From Spirochaetia bacterium (GTDB lineage: Bacteria > Spirochaetota > Spirochaetia > SZUA-6 > Bin103), in assembly GCA_965208575.1 (NCBI GenBank), contig CBDBOV010000001.1:416001-480000 (forward strand): a DNA stretch of 64,000 nucleotides, in the 5' to 3' direction. Of the stretch, positions 48,686 through 58,187 are shown piece by piece. The notes below the pieces were generated by a model. The model had not been told where the DNA came from and did not search any database. It saw only the letters and a program-made list of their open reading frames with translations. The first letter of the stretch is position 1, and every line of letters begins with the position of its first letter. Both the position numbers and the translations under genes were made by a program.

Positions 48686-48776
48686 ATGAGGAAGTCGGCC
48701 TCACGGTTCTGCTGGTCGCGATAAACCACAGCGACCAATCGGGGCGCGTGAGATGAATCGCCGCGAGAAGATGCCG
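48649..48776 (-). pseudogene. Remnant of the C-terminal DUF4143 (PD-(D/E)XK) domain of an AAA+ ATPase
   Basis: With one T restored reads RPDWSLWFYRDQQNREADFLIQGPYERIRLLEV, matching the YRD..REVDF...EVK motif; overlaps the cupin 3' end. Confidence 0.6.
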
Positions 48777-48880
48777 GTCAGCCCCAGCCGTTGCAGCGGG
48801 CGGCGGGCGGCGGCGGGCGGGGATGACGCGGGCGCTCTATGCCGAGTTGTGGTATGCTGTGGTGGCACGGAGGATAGCCC

Positions 48881-49621
48881 ATGGCCAGCCCGCCGATCGC
48901 TCCCGCCAAGGTTCACTACCCCTCATCCGACGGCAAGCCGATGGCGGAAAGCGACTTCCAACGCACCCCGCTGACCTATGCCGTGGACCGGCTGCGGCAG
49001 CACTTTCGCAGCCGCCGGGACGTGTACGTGTCCGGCAACCTGCTGCTGTACTACCAGGAGGGCAATCCGCGGGCGGTAGTGGCGCCGGACGTGTTCGTGG
49101 TGCTGGGCGCGTCCAGCGCCGACCGTTCCATCTACCGGCTGTGGGAGGAGCCCAAGGGGCCGGACTTCGTGCTGGAGATCACCTCGCGCACGACGTACCG
49201 CGAAGACCAGGGACGCAAGCGCGAACTGTACCGATCGCTGGGCGTGCCGGAGTACTGGCAATACGACCCGACGCGCGACTACCTGGAGCCGCCGTTGCAG
49301 GGGCTGGAGTTGAGCGCGGGAAAGTATCGGCGGCTGCCCGGGAGGGAGCTGGCGGATGGCACGCTGGCGCTGGCGAGCGCGGTACTGGGGCTGGAGTTGC
49401 GGCTGACGGAGCGCGGGCTGCGGTTCCACGATCCGGAGACCGGGCAGGACCTGCCGAACCTTGCGGAAACCGACGAGGCGCGGCAAGCGGCGGAGACGCG
49501 CCTGGCGCAAGAAGCGGCAGCGCGCCAACAGGAAGCGGCAGCGCGCGCAGCCGCGGAAGCGCGAGTGGCCGAGTTGGAGGCTTTGCTGCGCCGGGAGCGT
49601 CGCAGCGACTCCGATCAGTGA
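48881..49621 (+). CDS. Uma2 (DUF820) family endonuclease-fold protein with coiled-coil tail
   Basis: YPSSDGKPMAES, VAPDVFVV, PDFVLEITS, LGVPEYWQYDP; TGGTATGCT extended -10 and GGAGG RBS. Confidence 0.92.
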   Translation: MASPPIAPAKVHYPSSDGKPMAESDFQRTPLTYAVDRLRQHFRSRRDVYVSGNLLLYYQEGNPRAVVAPDVFVVLGASSADRSIYRLWEEPKGPDFVLEITSRTTYREDQGRKRELYRSLGVPEYWQYDPTRDYLEPPLQGLELSAGKYRRLPGRELADGTLALASAVLGLELRLTERGLRFHDPETGQDLPNLAETDEARQAAETRLAQEAAARQQEAAARAAAEARVAELEALLRRERRSDSDQ

Positions 49622-49754
49622 GGAGCGCGCCTGGGAATTCTGTTTCATCGGCGGCTTGGCGCTGCAGCGGTGGGGGAGCCACGCCTCACCGGGAACGTGG
49701 GATCTCACCATCCTTGCCGGGTTCGGCCAGGAGTCGGCGTATATCGAACAACTC
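49620..49754 (+). pseudogene. Remnant of a nucleotidyltransferase (AbiEii/DUF6036-like) gene
   Basis: WEFCFIGGLALQRWG-(E)PRLTGNV-DLTILAGFG with compensating -1/+1 slips in G runs; no start; truncated. Confidence 0.6.
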
Positions 49755-49816
49755 CGACTCCTTGATGCGATCAGACGGTCACTCATCTGCGGCCTGCAGG
49801 GAGGAGGAGTAGCCGG

Positions 49817-51241
49817 CTACCCCTCCTCGACCATCAGGTTGGCGATCCAGGCGGCATGCGAGTGGTGCAGGTTGTTGTTCTTGATGAGCAGGGTGTTGCG
49901 CCCGCGCTGCAGGGTCACCGGAATGCGCGCCGTCCGAAAGCCGTCCTCGTGGCGCAGCATGGCGACGCGCGTTCCGTTCAGCCAGGCGATCAGCCAGTCG
50001 TCGAACGAGACGCGAAGCACCGCCCGGCGTTCGCGGTCGCTGTCCACCGATCCCGCGGCGTACATCGAGCGGTTCACGAAGCTGCTGCCGGGCAGCGCCG
50101 GGTCGATGCCGGAGAAGCGGAAGTCGATCCAGCCGCGGTTGGCGGACAGCTCGCGGATGAACCTCGGGCGGTCGGCGAAGTGGTCGCGCCAGCGGTCGAG
50201 CGGGACGGTTTCCGGTTCCTCGGGCATGCTGAACCGCTGCCAGTCGCCGCCGCCGTCGTGGAAGCCGGTCACCAGCCAGCGGCCGGGGGTCAGCACCGGC
50301 AGCGCCGCCGCCTCCTCCTCCGATCCGGCGACGCGGTAGTAGTACGCCACCGTCTCGATGTCGTCGTCGCGCGACCCGCAGCGCAGCGAGATCGAGGAAC
50401 GGAAGGCGATCGGGTCGGGCCCGAAGAAGCGGTAGATCACGCCGTCCTGGTCGGTGCGCGAGCGCCGCCGGTGGTAGGGTGAGCCGATCCAGCGTGTCTG
50501 GCGCTCGTGGAAGCCCCACGAGAACCCGAAGTCGTCCTCCATGTTGATGCCGCGGATCACGTGCGGGTCGTCGTCGCCGTCGATCAGGATTGACATGCCG
50601 CCAGTGTGGTACACCATGTCGGTGTGGTTGCGCTGCCGGGCGCCGAGCACCACCCCGGCGATGAAGCCGCTGCCGGTGACGTCGGCGATGCGGTAGGCGC
50701 GGTTGCGCGGCGGGGCAGGCAGGTAGCGGTGGTGTTCGGCGGCGAGGCGGAACGGGGTCAACTCGGTGCCGGCGTCGTACTGCTGCCAGTCCACCATGGT
50801 CGACACGCGCCGCTCGGCGGTGGCCGGCAGGCGCAGCCGGATCCGGCACGAGTGGCTGAACGGGATCGGCAGGAACAGGTTGTAGCCGGGCACGCCCGGC
50901 ACTCCGGGCGTATGAAAGTTGGGCAGCACGGTGTACGCGGCGCAGTCGACCGGGTAGGGCTGCAGGTCGTTCATGATGCCGAAGAACGGGTCGAACGGCA
51001 CGTCGACCTGCGGCACGGCGGCGCCGTCGACGGTGATCTCCAGCCGCCGGCCGGTGCCGTACAGCAGCCACACGTGGCGCACGGCGCCGGGACCCTCCAC
51101 GTCCAGGATGTCGACCCAGCCGCTTGCCGGGACATCCTCGTCGCGCACGTTGGTTACCTGGCGCCGAGAGCGGAATCGCACGGGAAGCGCGACCATCGGG
51201 ACAGCGGGATCCGGCACGGTGGCGCCGGGAACATGGTTCAT
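49817..51241 (-). CDS. DUF2961 domain protein (GH172-like)
   Basis: DVEGPGAVRHVW, PQVDVP..FFG, YNLFLPIPF, GINMEDDFGFSWG, YRFFGPDPIAF. Confidence 0.8.
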   Translation of the reverse strand: MNHVPGATVPDPAVPMVALPVRFRSRRQVTNVRDEDVPASGWVDILDVEGPGAVRHVWLLYGTGRRLEITVDGAAVPQVDVPFDPFFGIMNDLQPYPVDCAAYTVLPNFHTPGVPGVPGYNLFLPIPFSHSCRIRLRLPATAERRVSTMVDWQQYDAGTELTPFRLAAEHHRYLPAPPRNRAYRIADVTGSGFIAGVVLGARQRNHTDMVYHTGGMSILIDGDDDPHVIRGINMEDDFGFSWGFHERQTRWIGSPYHRRRSRTDQDGVIYRFFGPDPIAFRSSISLRCGSRDDDIETVAYYYRVAGSEEEAAALPVLTPGRWLVTGFHDGGGDWQRFSMPEEPETVPLDRWRDHFADRPRFIRELSANRGWIDFRFSGIDPALPGSSFVNRSMYAAGSVDSDRERRAVLRVSFDDWLIAWLNGTRVAMLRHEDGFRTARIPVTLQRGRNTLLIKNNNLHHSHAAWIANLMVEEG

Positions 51242-51424
51242 GCTGCTCTGCTCCTTACCCTTCGGTCTGGAGGCGCGAGCCACCAAGCCGGGGGTTGCGT
51301 CAAGCATAGCCGCGATGAGTCGCCGCGTGTCCGCCGCGCATGGCGCACGGAATAGCCTGTTCCCTTCGCCTTCCCTTCGCCCAACGGGTTGGCGAGGAGC
51401 CAAGGGTCAGCCTCCCGACCGCGG

Positions 51425-52957
51425 CTATTTCCCTGAGACTCCAGCCCGCCGCCCCGAAACCGCCCCCTGCGGCGCCGCTCCCGGCCGAGTCCGCCCGCAC
51501 GAAGAGCCGGCCGAGTCGGCCAGGCTCTCGATGCACCATTCGAACGAACCGGGGCCGGTGCGCTCCAGCATGCCCGCGACGAACCGGCGCATCCCGGCCA
51601 CGCGTTCGGCGCACGCCGGCGACTGCGCGCGGTTGTACATTTCCGCCGGGTCGGTGGCGAGATCGTACAGCTCGTCGATCTCGAAGCGGTTCCACACGTA
51701 CTTCCAGCCGTCCGCGACCACCATGACGTGCGCGGCGAGCTGCGCCGGGTCGCGGTCGCCCTCGTAGATCGCCGCGGCGCCGGCGACCTCCGCGAACACG
51801 GGAGCCGGCTCGGGGACGGCGCCGGCCATGATCGCGGGCGCCATCGACCGGCCTTCCAGGGAGGCCGACGCGGGCGCTCCGACGAGATCGAGCAGGGTGG
51901 GCACCAGGTCCACCCCGCCGAACGGAGTCGTGACGCGCTGCCCGGCCGGTATCGCCTCCGGCCAGGAGATCAGGCACGGCACGCGCACCGACTCCTCGTA
52001 CATCAGCGCCTTCTCCACGAAGCCGTGGTTGCCGAGCATCTCGCCGTGGTCGCTGTTCACCACGAAGATAGTGCGGTCGAGGCGCCCGGCCCGTTCGAGC
52101 GTCGCGACCAGGCGCCCGATCTGCCGGTCGACGTGGGTGACGAGCGCGTAGTAGTAGCGCATCACGGTGCGGAACTCCTCTTCCGTGACCGAGCCCGGCG
52201 GGACGCGGCCGCGGCGCCCGGCCTGCGAACGCGGCTTGCCTTCCAGCGGGTCGTGGAAGTTGTGCGGGAACGGCAGCCGGTCCGGGTCGAAGAGGGCGAG
52301 CAACTCCGGTGGTGGGATGATCGGTGGATGCGGGTCCTTGACGCCGACGAGCAGGAACAGCGGCTGGTCGCGGTCGCGTTCCAGGACGGCGAGCGCCTGG
52401 TCGACGGTCCAGGTGGTGCGCTGCTGGCGTGGGTCGGTCAGCACGCCGAGCGGCATCTCGCGGCCGTAGCGGAATATCCCCGGAGCATCCAGGGCGTAGG
52501 GGTTGGCGATGCCCTGCTCTTCCAGGTCGCCGAAGAAGGGGCCGGGGAGGTTCTCGTAGATGTAGCTGAAGCAGCACCAGTGGTCGGTAAAGCCGTGCGC
52601 GGGAACGGCGTCGTCGCTCAGGTGCCACACCCCCACGTTGCCGCACGCATAGCCGTGCTGCTGCAACAGGTCGGCGATGGTCACGCACCGGTCGGACAGC
52701 GTACAGCCGTCGATCCCCTCGCGCGAGGGCGCGTAGTTGTTGCACAGCCGGTGGGTGTGCGGGTAGGTGCCGGTGAGCCAGCTCGCCCGCGCCGGCGAGC
52801 ACAGCGGGGAAGCACAGTACGCGCTCTCGAACCACGCGCCGCGCTCCGCCAGGCGGTCGATGTTGGGGGTGCGCACCGCCGGGTTGCCGGCGTACCCGAC
52901 CGCATCCCGGCGCAACTGGTCGCACATGACCCATACGATGTCCGGGCGTGCGCTCAC
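51425..52957 (-). CDS. Sulfatase (Cys-type, formylglycine-dependent)
   Basis: RPDIVWVMCDQLR, CSPARASWLTG (CxPxR), SDHGEMLG, ELYDLATDP.E. Confidence 0.92.
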   Translation of the reverse strand: MSARPDIVWVMCDQLRRDAVGYAGNPAVRTPNIDRLAERGAWFESAYCASPLCSPARASWLTGTYPHTHRLCNNYAPSREGIDGCTLSDRCVTIADLLQQHGYACGNVGVWHLSDDAVPAHGFTDHWCCFSYIYENLPGPFFGDLEEQGIANPYALDAPGIFRYGREMPLGVLTDPRQQRTTWTVDQALAVLERDRDQPLFLLVGVKDPHPPIIPPPELLALFDPDRLPFPHNFHDPLEGKPRSQAGRRGRVPPGSVTEEEFRTVMRYYYALVTHVDRQIGRLVATLERAGRLDRTIFVVNSDHGEMLGNHGFVEKALMYEESVRVPCLISWPEAIPAGQRVTTPFGGVDLVPTLLDLVGAPASASLEGRSMAPAIMAGAVPEPAPVFAEVAGAAAIYEGDRDPAQLAAHVMVVADGWKYVWNRFEIDELYDLATDPAEMYNRAQSPACAERVAGMRRFVAGMLERTGPGSFEWCIESLADSAGSSCGRTRPGAAPQGAVSGRRAGVSGK

Positions 52958-52975
52958 CGGGTTAGGGTCATCGCG

Positions 52976-53302
52976 TCAGGGACCGGAGGCCATCGGCAGG
53001 CCGGCGTCCTGCCAGTCCTGCTTTCCCGCGCCGTACTCGAGGACGTCGTGGAAACCGAAGAAGGCCAGCTTGCGCGCCGCCAGGCCGCTGGCCGCGCACG
53101 CCTGGTCGGCGCAATACAGGATGAGCTGCTGCTCGGGCCGGTAGCGCTGCCGGGAGGTGGCGCCGATCCGCTCCAGCGGGATGTTCACCGCGCCGGCGAT
53201 GTGGCTGCGCCGGAACTCCTCTTCCGGCATCACCTCGACCAGCACCGCGTCGCCCTCCGCCAGCAGGCGCCGCACCTCTTCGCGGTCGATCACGCGCGCC
53301 AC
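52976..53302 (-). CDS. Single-domain rhodanese-like protein
   Basis: HIAGAVNIP, LYCADQACAAS, YGAGKQDWQDAGLP. Confidence 0.88.
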   Translation of the reverse strand: MARVIDREEVRRLLAEGDAVLVEVMPEEEFRRSHIAGAVNIPLERIGATSRQRYRPEQQLILYCADQACAASGLAARKLAFFGFHDVLEYGAGKQDWQDAGLPMASGP

Positions 53303-53312
53303 CGTGGCGCGC

Positions 53313-54839
53313 CTACATCGGGCCGACGCGGCGGGTGCCCACGTCGACGGCGGCCATGGCGGCGGCGTAGCTGCCCAGCAGCAGGTCGGCCTTCAGCGCC
53401 GCGTGGTCCGGGTCGTCCCACAGGTTGTCGAACTCGCACCGGTCGCGCTCCAGGTCGTACAGCTCGCCCAGGCCGTGGCCGTGGTACACCACCAGCTTGT
53501 AGCGCCCGCGCCGGTACATGGTGGCACGCGTGGCGTCGGGCGCGTCGATGGCGTCGAAGTACTCGCACCATACGGCGTCGCGGTGGCGGTCGAGCGGTGC
53601 GCTGCCGGTGCCCATCGGCAGCAGCGAGCGGCCCTGCATCCAGTCCGGCACCGGCTCGCCGGCCGCCTCCAGCAGGGTGGGCGCCAGGTCGGTGAGCTCC
53701 ACCAGCGCGTCGCTCCGCTGCGAGGCGCGGATCTCCCCCGGCCAGGACAGGATCAGCGGCACCCGCACCAGCCCCTCGTAGAAACGGCAGCCCTTCTGGA
53801 TCAGGCCGTGGTCGCCGAGCATCTCGCCGTGGTCGCTGGTGAAGATCACCAGCGTGTCGTCCGCCTGGCCGGACGCGCGCAGGGCATCAAGCATGCGCCC
53901 AACCTGGTCGTCGATCAGCTCGATCATCGCGTAGTAGGCGGCCTGCAGGGTGCGGGCGTCGCGCGCGGTGGCATGCGCCGGCATGGCGGACGCATCGCCG
54001 CCCGGCACATCCGCCGCCGCGGCGCCTTCCCGTCCGGGCGACACCGGGATAACCGGGCTGCGGATGTCCAGGTCGTCCGGCGGACGGCCCTTGGACTGGA
54101 AGTCGACCGCCGCCAGCGCCGCCTGCTGGGCCAGGTCGCTGTCACGAAACAGCGGCCCCGGCATCGCCGCCGGATCGTAGCGGTCACGGTACTCCTGCGG
54201 CGGGTTGAACGGCGGGTGCGGATCGTAGATGTTCACGCACGCCAGCCACGGGGTATCGGGGGTATCGGCGGCGCGCTGCTCGCCGGTGATGAACTCGATG
54301 GTGCGCTCGGCGGCCCAGGTGGTCTGGTGCAGCGGCGCCGGCACGCCGGCCGGGTCCTGGATCAGTTCGCCGAGCACGGCGCCGCGCTGCCGCACCCAGT
54401 CGGCGTAGTCGTGGCCCACCGGCCAGTCGTCGCGCGGTCCGTGGCTGTAGCGCCAGTAGCGGTAGCCGTCGTCGGCGCGCGGCTCGGTGCGCCCGTAGGC
54501 GCTCGCCAGGTGCAGCTTGCCGATCAGCCCGCAGTCATAGCCGGCGTCGGCGAGCAGCCGCGTCACCAGCGGGAAACGGCCCACGAACGTGTCGTTGCCG
54601 TTGCGCGTGTTGTGGCAGGTGCTCGGGTAGGTGCCGGTCAGGAAGCTGGCGCGGCTCGGCGTGCAGATCGGGCTCTGGCAGTAGGCGTGGGTGAACGCGG
54701 TGCCGGAGCGCCACAACTCGTCCAGGTGCGGTGTGCGCACATGGCGGTTGCCCTGCGCGCCGAGCGTGTCGTAGCGCTGCTGGTCGGTGCACAGCCACAG
54801 GATGTTGGGCCGCTTCGGCCGCCGCGGCGTGCCGCTCAC
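53313..54839 (-). CDS. Sulfatase (Cys-type)
   Basis: RPNILWLCTDQQR, CTPSRASFLTG, GKLH, SDHGEMLGDHG. Confidence 0.93.
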   Translation of the reverse strand: MSGTPRRPKRPNILWLCTDQQRYDTLGAQGNRHVRTPHLDELWRSGTAFTHAYCQSPICTPSRASFLTGTYPSTCHNTRNGNDTFVGRFPLVTRLLADAGYDCGLIGKLHLASAYGRTEPRADDGYRYWRYSHGPRDDWPVGHDYADWVRQRGAVLGELIQDPAGVPAPLHQTTWAAERTIEFITGEQRAADTPDTPWLACVNIYDPHPPFNPPQEYRDRYDPAAMPGPLFRDSDLAQQAALAAVDFQSKGRPPDDLDIRSPVIPVSPGREGAAAADVPGGDASAMPAHATARDARTLQAAYYAMIELIDDQVGRMLDALRASGQADDTLVIFTSDHGEMLGDHGLIQKGCRFYEGLVRVPLILSWPGEIRASQRSDALVELTDLAPTLLEAAGEPVPDWMQGRSLLPMGTGSAPLDRHRDAVWCEYFDAIDAPDATRATMYRRGRYKLVVYHGHGLGELYDLERDRCEFDNLWDDPDHAALKADLLLGSYAAAMAAVDVGTRRVGPM

Positions 54840-55885
54840 GCGCCGGGCGCGGTCTCCAGGAGGCCGATCTTCTCCAGCACCCGCTGCGCCTTGGTCACGC
54901 CCTCGTAGTTGGGACTCTCGGCGACCACCCGCTTGAGCGCGATGATGGCGTGTTCGTCACCCTGCTCGGCCAGCTCCAGCGCCTCCGCGAACGCGACTTC
55001 GCCGAACCGTGTGTCTCTCTCGACCAGCTCGAATTGCGAGGATCGCCAGTAGTACTTCAGCGCGTCGTCCGCCGGCCAGTCCTCGTACACCTCCTCCCAG
55101 GTGAGGTCCTCGACCAGGTGCGGGAGAAGCTGCTGTTCCGATACCGGCAGGCCGTCGCGCTGGTAGCGGTTGTCGAGCGAGACGCGCAGCCGATCCTCGG
55201 TCAGGTTGGGCAGCGCGCCGTGCACCATCAGGCAACCGAAGATCAGCGTGTCGCCGATCTCGAAGTCGCTGCAGCGCGGGATGCCGCGCTCCTCGGGCCG
55301 GGTCACCTTCTGACCGCCGGCGCCGAGCGAGAAGTGGTGGTCCACCACCTTGCCCACCTTGTGGGAGCCCTCCACCACCGCCAGCGGCCCCAGCTCCATG
55401 GGACAGTCGCCGAGCGGGGTCCACGCCGTGATCACCTCCAGGTTGCTCTGGAAGTGGACGAAGTCCTGGTGGAACGGCGTGGTATGCTCGGTGTACTGCG
55501 GAAACCACAGCCGGGTGATCTTCATCGGGTGGGGCAGCACCGGCCCGTCGATGACCGTGCCGATCAGGTCCACCACCTCCGGCCAGTGTCCGGACGCGTG
55601 CATCGAGCGCAGCTTCTGCACGTGCGTGTAGATGCGCGCGTACTCGCGGTTCCCCTCGGTGATCGCCCTGGACGGGTCCACGCGACCCTCCGCCAGGTCG
55701 CTGCCCGGCACCATCCAGTCGCTCGCCCCCCGCAGCGCCTCCAGGATTTCGAGGCGGAGCCGCCACAGCTTGTCGGGATCCTGCAACTTGCGCAGGAACA
55801 GGTAGCCTTCCTCTTTGAACCGCCGGCGCAACTCCACCGGGTCGGACAGCGCGTCGTTGGACACGCGAAACGGCTGCAATTCCAT
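54836..55885 (-). CDS. Phytanoyl-CoA dioxygenase (PhyH) family protein
   Basis: EEGYLFLR, TPFHQD (HxD), GPLAVVEGSH, MVHGALPN...RVSLDNRY. Confidence 0.9.
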   Translation of the reverse strand: MELQPFRVSNDALSDPVELRRRFKEEGYLFLRKLQDPDKLWRLRLEILEALRGASDWMVPGSDLAEGRVDPSRAITEGNREYARIYTHVQKLRSMHASGHWPEVVDLIGTVIDGPVLPHPMKITRLWFPQYTEHTTPFHQDFVHFQSNLEVITAWTPLGDCPMELGPLAVVEGSHKVGKVVDHHFSLGAGGQKVTRPEERGIPRCSDFEIGDTLIFGCLMVHGALPNLTEDRLRVSLDNRYQRDGLPVSEQQLLPHLVEDLTWEEVYEDWPADDALKYYWRSSQFELVERDTRFGEVAFAEALELAEQGDEHAIIALKRVVAESPNYEGVTKAQRVLEKIGLLETAPGA

Positions 55886-55989
55886 ATCGCGCCCACGATA
55901 GCGGCTCACCGGCCGTTGTGCAACGTCCGGCGGACGGCATGGGCTCGAAGATTGGAACGGGCGAGCGGACGGAGCGGACGTATGAGAGT

Positions 55990-56018
55990 TTGACGGGGCG
56001 CGGAGGGGGGACTAAGGT
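55990..56018 (+). promoter_or_regulatory. Sigma70-type promoter for the SBP gene
   Basis: TTGACG-17 bp-TAAGGT upstream of GGAGG RBS and ATG 56105. Confidence 0.55.
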
Positions 56019-56104
56019 AGTGGATCAGGAGCCGTCCGTCCCGCGCCGCGGTGCGGGAGAGCCGAACGGTTTCACAACACGTGGAGAGTTCAGGGAGGAC
56101 TGTC

Positions 56105-58129
56105 ATGACACATGCGAAATGGTTGGCACTGGCCGTGGCGCTCTGCCTGCCGGCGGCGCTGGCCGCGGCGGGCGGCGAGGAGGAGGGTTCGGCGGTTGCC
56201 GGCGGAGCCATGGCCGCGTCCCCCGAGGTGCAGGCTGCCATCGATTCCGGCACCTGGGTGTGGGCGACGCTGGCCGACTACGAGCAGGACACCGGCAACC
56301 GCCTTACCAGTTTCGGCGAGGCGCCGATGCTGGCGGCGATGGTCGCGGCCGGCGAATTGCCGCCGGTGGAGGAGCGCATCTCCGAGGAGCCGCTGGTGAT
56401 CAACCCGTTCGACGAGATCGGCACTTACGGCGGCACGCTGCGTACCGCGTCGCTGGGCCCCGGCTACAATGACTTCACGCCGATCCGGGGGCTGGCGGGG
56501 GTGATCCAGACCGCCAACCGCGGCCCGGGCGCGCCGCACGAGAACGTCCCCTACGGCTACAAGGGCTGGGAGATCTCCGACGACGGCATGACCTTCACCA
56601 TGTTCCTGCGCCGCGGCGCCAAGTGGTCGGACGGGCATCCACATACCGCCGAGGACGTGGAGTTCTGGGGCGAGTTCTTCTGGCATCCCGATTACGCGGG
56701 CTGGGATCAGAGCAACTTCGGTCCGGTCGCATCGGTGGAGAAGGTGGATGACTACACCGCCCGCCTGACCTTCACCCGTCCCAACCCCACCTTCATGGGC
56801 TGGGTCGAGTTCTGGGGCGGCTGGTACCCGTTCCGCTATCCCAAGCACTACCTGTCCCAGTACCACCCCGAGTACAACGACGACGCGGAAGCGCTGGCCA
56901 AGGAGGAGGGCTTCGAATCGTGGCTGCAGTCGTTTCGCGCCCATTCCGACAGCGGTGACTTCGGCCAGAAGGACTTCGACCTGCCCACCATGCGGTCATG
57001 GGGTGTGATCGACATCACCGCCACCTACTCGCTGATGGAGCGCAACCCCTACTTCTGGGCTATCGATCCGGCCGGCAACCAGCTCCCCTACATCGACCGG
57101 CTGCGCGTCGAGGTGGTCAACGACCAGGAGGGCTACAACCTGAAGGCGATCGCCGGCGAGATCGACATCGCCCAGTTCGGCCTGGAGGCCGCCAACGTCA
57201 GCCTGTACAAGGAAAACGAGGAGAAGGGCGACTACCAGCTCCTGATGTGGAAGGCGCCGGACGGCTCGGAGGCGGCGTACGGCTTCAACATGACCCACTC
57301 CGACCCGGTGCTGCGCGAGATCTTCCAGGACATCCGCTTCCGGCAGGCGATGTCGCTGGCCATCAACCGCGACGAGATCAACACGCTGCTGTACTTCGAC
57401 CTCGGCGACGTGCGGCAGGCGGCGATGAACCCCGACAACAGCTACTACAAGCAGGAGTGGGCGGAGCGGTTCGTCGACTACGACCCCGACCGCGCCAACG
57501 CGCTGCTCGACGAGATGGGCTTGGCCTGGAACGGCGACGGCACGGTGCGGCTGCGCCCCGACGGTGAGCCACTGCGCATCCGGCTGTGGATCAACCAGCG
57601 CCGGCCCACGCTGATCAACACCGGCGAGCTGGTGGAGGCGCACTGGGAGGCGGTCGGCGTGGACGTCGACTTCCAGGGCAGAGACGGCCCGTTCGTGGGC
57701 CAGATGGTGCGCGCCAACGAGCATGATGTGCAGAGCTGGCACCTGCGCCGCACCAACGAGAGCAAGGGCTTTCAGGCGCACAACAAGTTTCTCTCCGGCG
57801 ACGGCGTGGAGTTCGGGCGCCTCTGGGAGCAGTGGCACCAGAGCGGCGGCGAACAGGGCGAGGAGCCGCCGGAGAAGATCAAGCGCCTGTACGAACTGGG
57901 CGAGCTGTGGCTGGCGTCCACCAACGACGCGGACTACAACCGCTACGCCGAGGAGTTGTTCGACCTGGCCAGCGAGGAGCTGCTGATCATCGGCACCGTC
58001 GGCTTCGTGCCGTTGCCGGTGATCGTGCAGAACAAGGTGGGCAACTTCCCGCGCGACGTGCGCTGGATCGGCGACGACACGCAGTTCCTGCGCGACGTCA
58101 AGCCGGACACCTGGTTCCTGCGCCAGTAG
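56105..58129 (+). CDS. ABC transporter substrate-binding protein, family 5 (stand-alone)
   Basis: Signal peptide then AGGEEE; EAPMLA..V..GELPPVEERI, GTYGGTL, RNPYFWAIDPAGNQLPYID, FRQAMSLAINR. Confidence 0.93.
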   Translation: MTHAKWLALAVALCLPAALAAAGGEEEGSAVAGGAMAASPEVQAAIDSGTWVWATLADYEQDTGNRLTSFGEAPMLAAMVAAGELPPVEERISEEPLVINPFDEIGTYGGTLRTASLGPGYNDFTPIRGLAGVIQTANRGPGAPHENVPYGYKGWEISDDGMTFTMFLRRGAKWSDGHPHTAEDVEFWGEFFWHPDYAGWDQSNFGPVASVEKVDDYTARLTFTRPNPTFMGWVEFWGGWYPFRYPKHYLSQYHPEYNDDAEALAKEEGFESWLQSFRAHSDSGDFGQKDFDLPTMRSWGVIDITATYSLMERNPYFWAIDPAGNQLPYIDRLRVEVVNDQEGYNLKAIAGEIDIAQFGLEAANVSLYKENEEKGDYQLLMWKAPDGSEAAYGFNMTHSDPVLREIFQDIRFRQAMSLAINRDEINTLLYFDLGDVRQAAMNPDNSYYKQEWAERFVDYDPDRANALLDEMGLAWNGDGTVRLRPDGEPLRIRLWINQRRPTLINTGELVEAHWEAVGVDVDFQGRDGPFVGQMVRANEHDVQSWHLRRTNESKGFQAHNKFLSGDGVEFGRLWEQWHQSGGEQGEEPPEKIKRLYELGELWLASTNDADYNRYAEELFDLASEELLIIGTVGFVPLPVIVQNKVGNFPRDVRWIGDDTQFLRDVKPDTWFLRQ

Positions 58130-58187
58130 CGGGATCGGCGAGTCCCGGAGCGGTCCCCTTTAGCCGCCTCCGGGGCTCCACTCTCGG

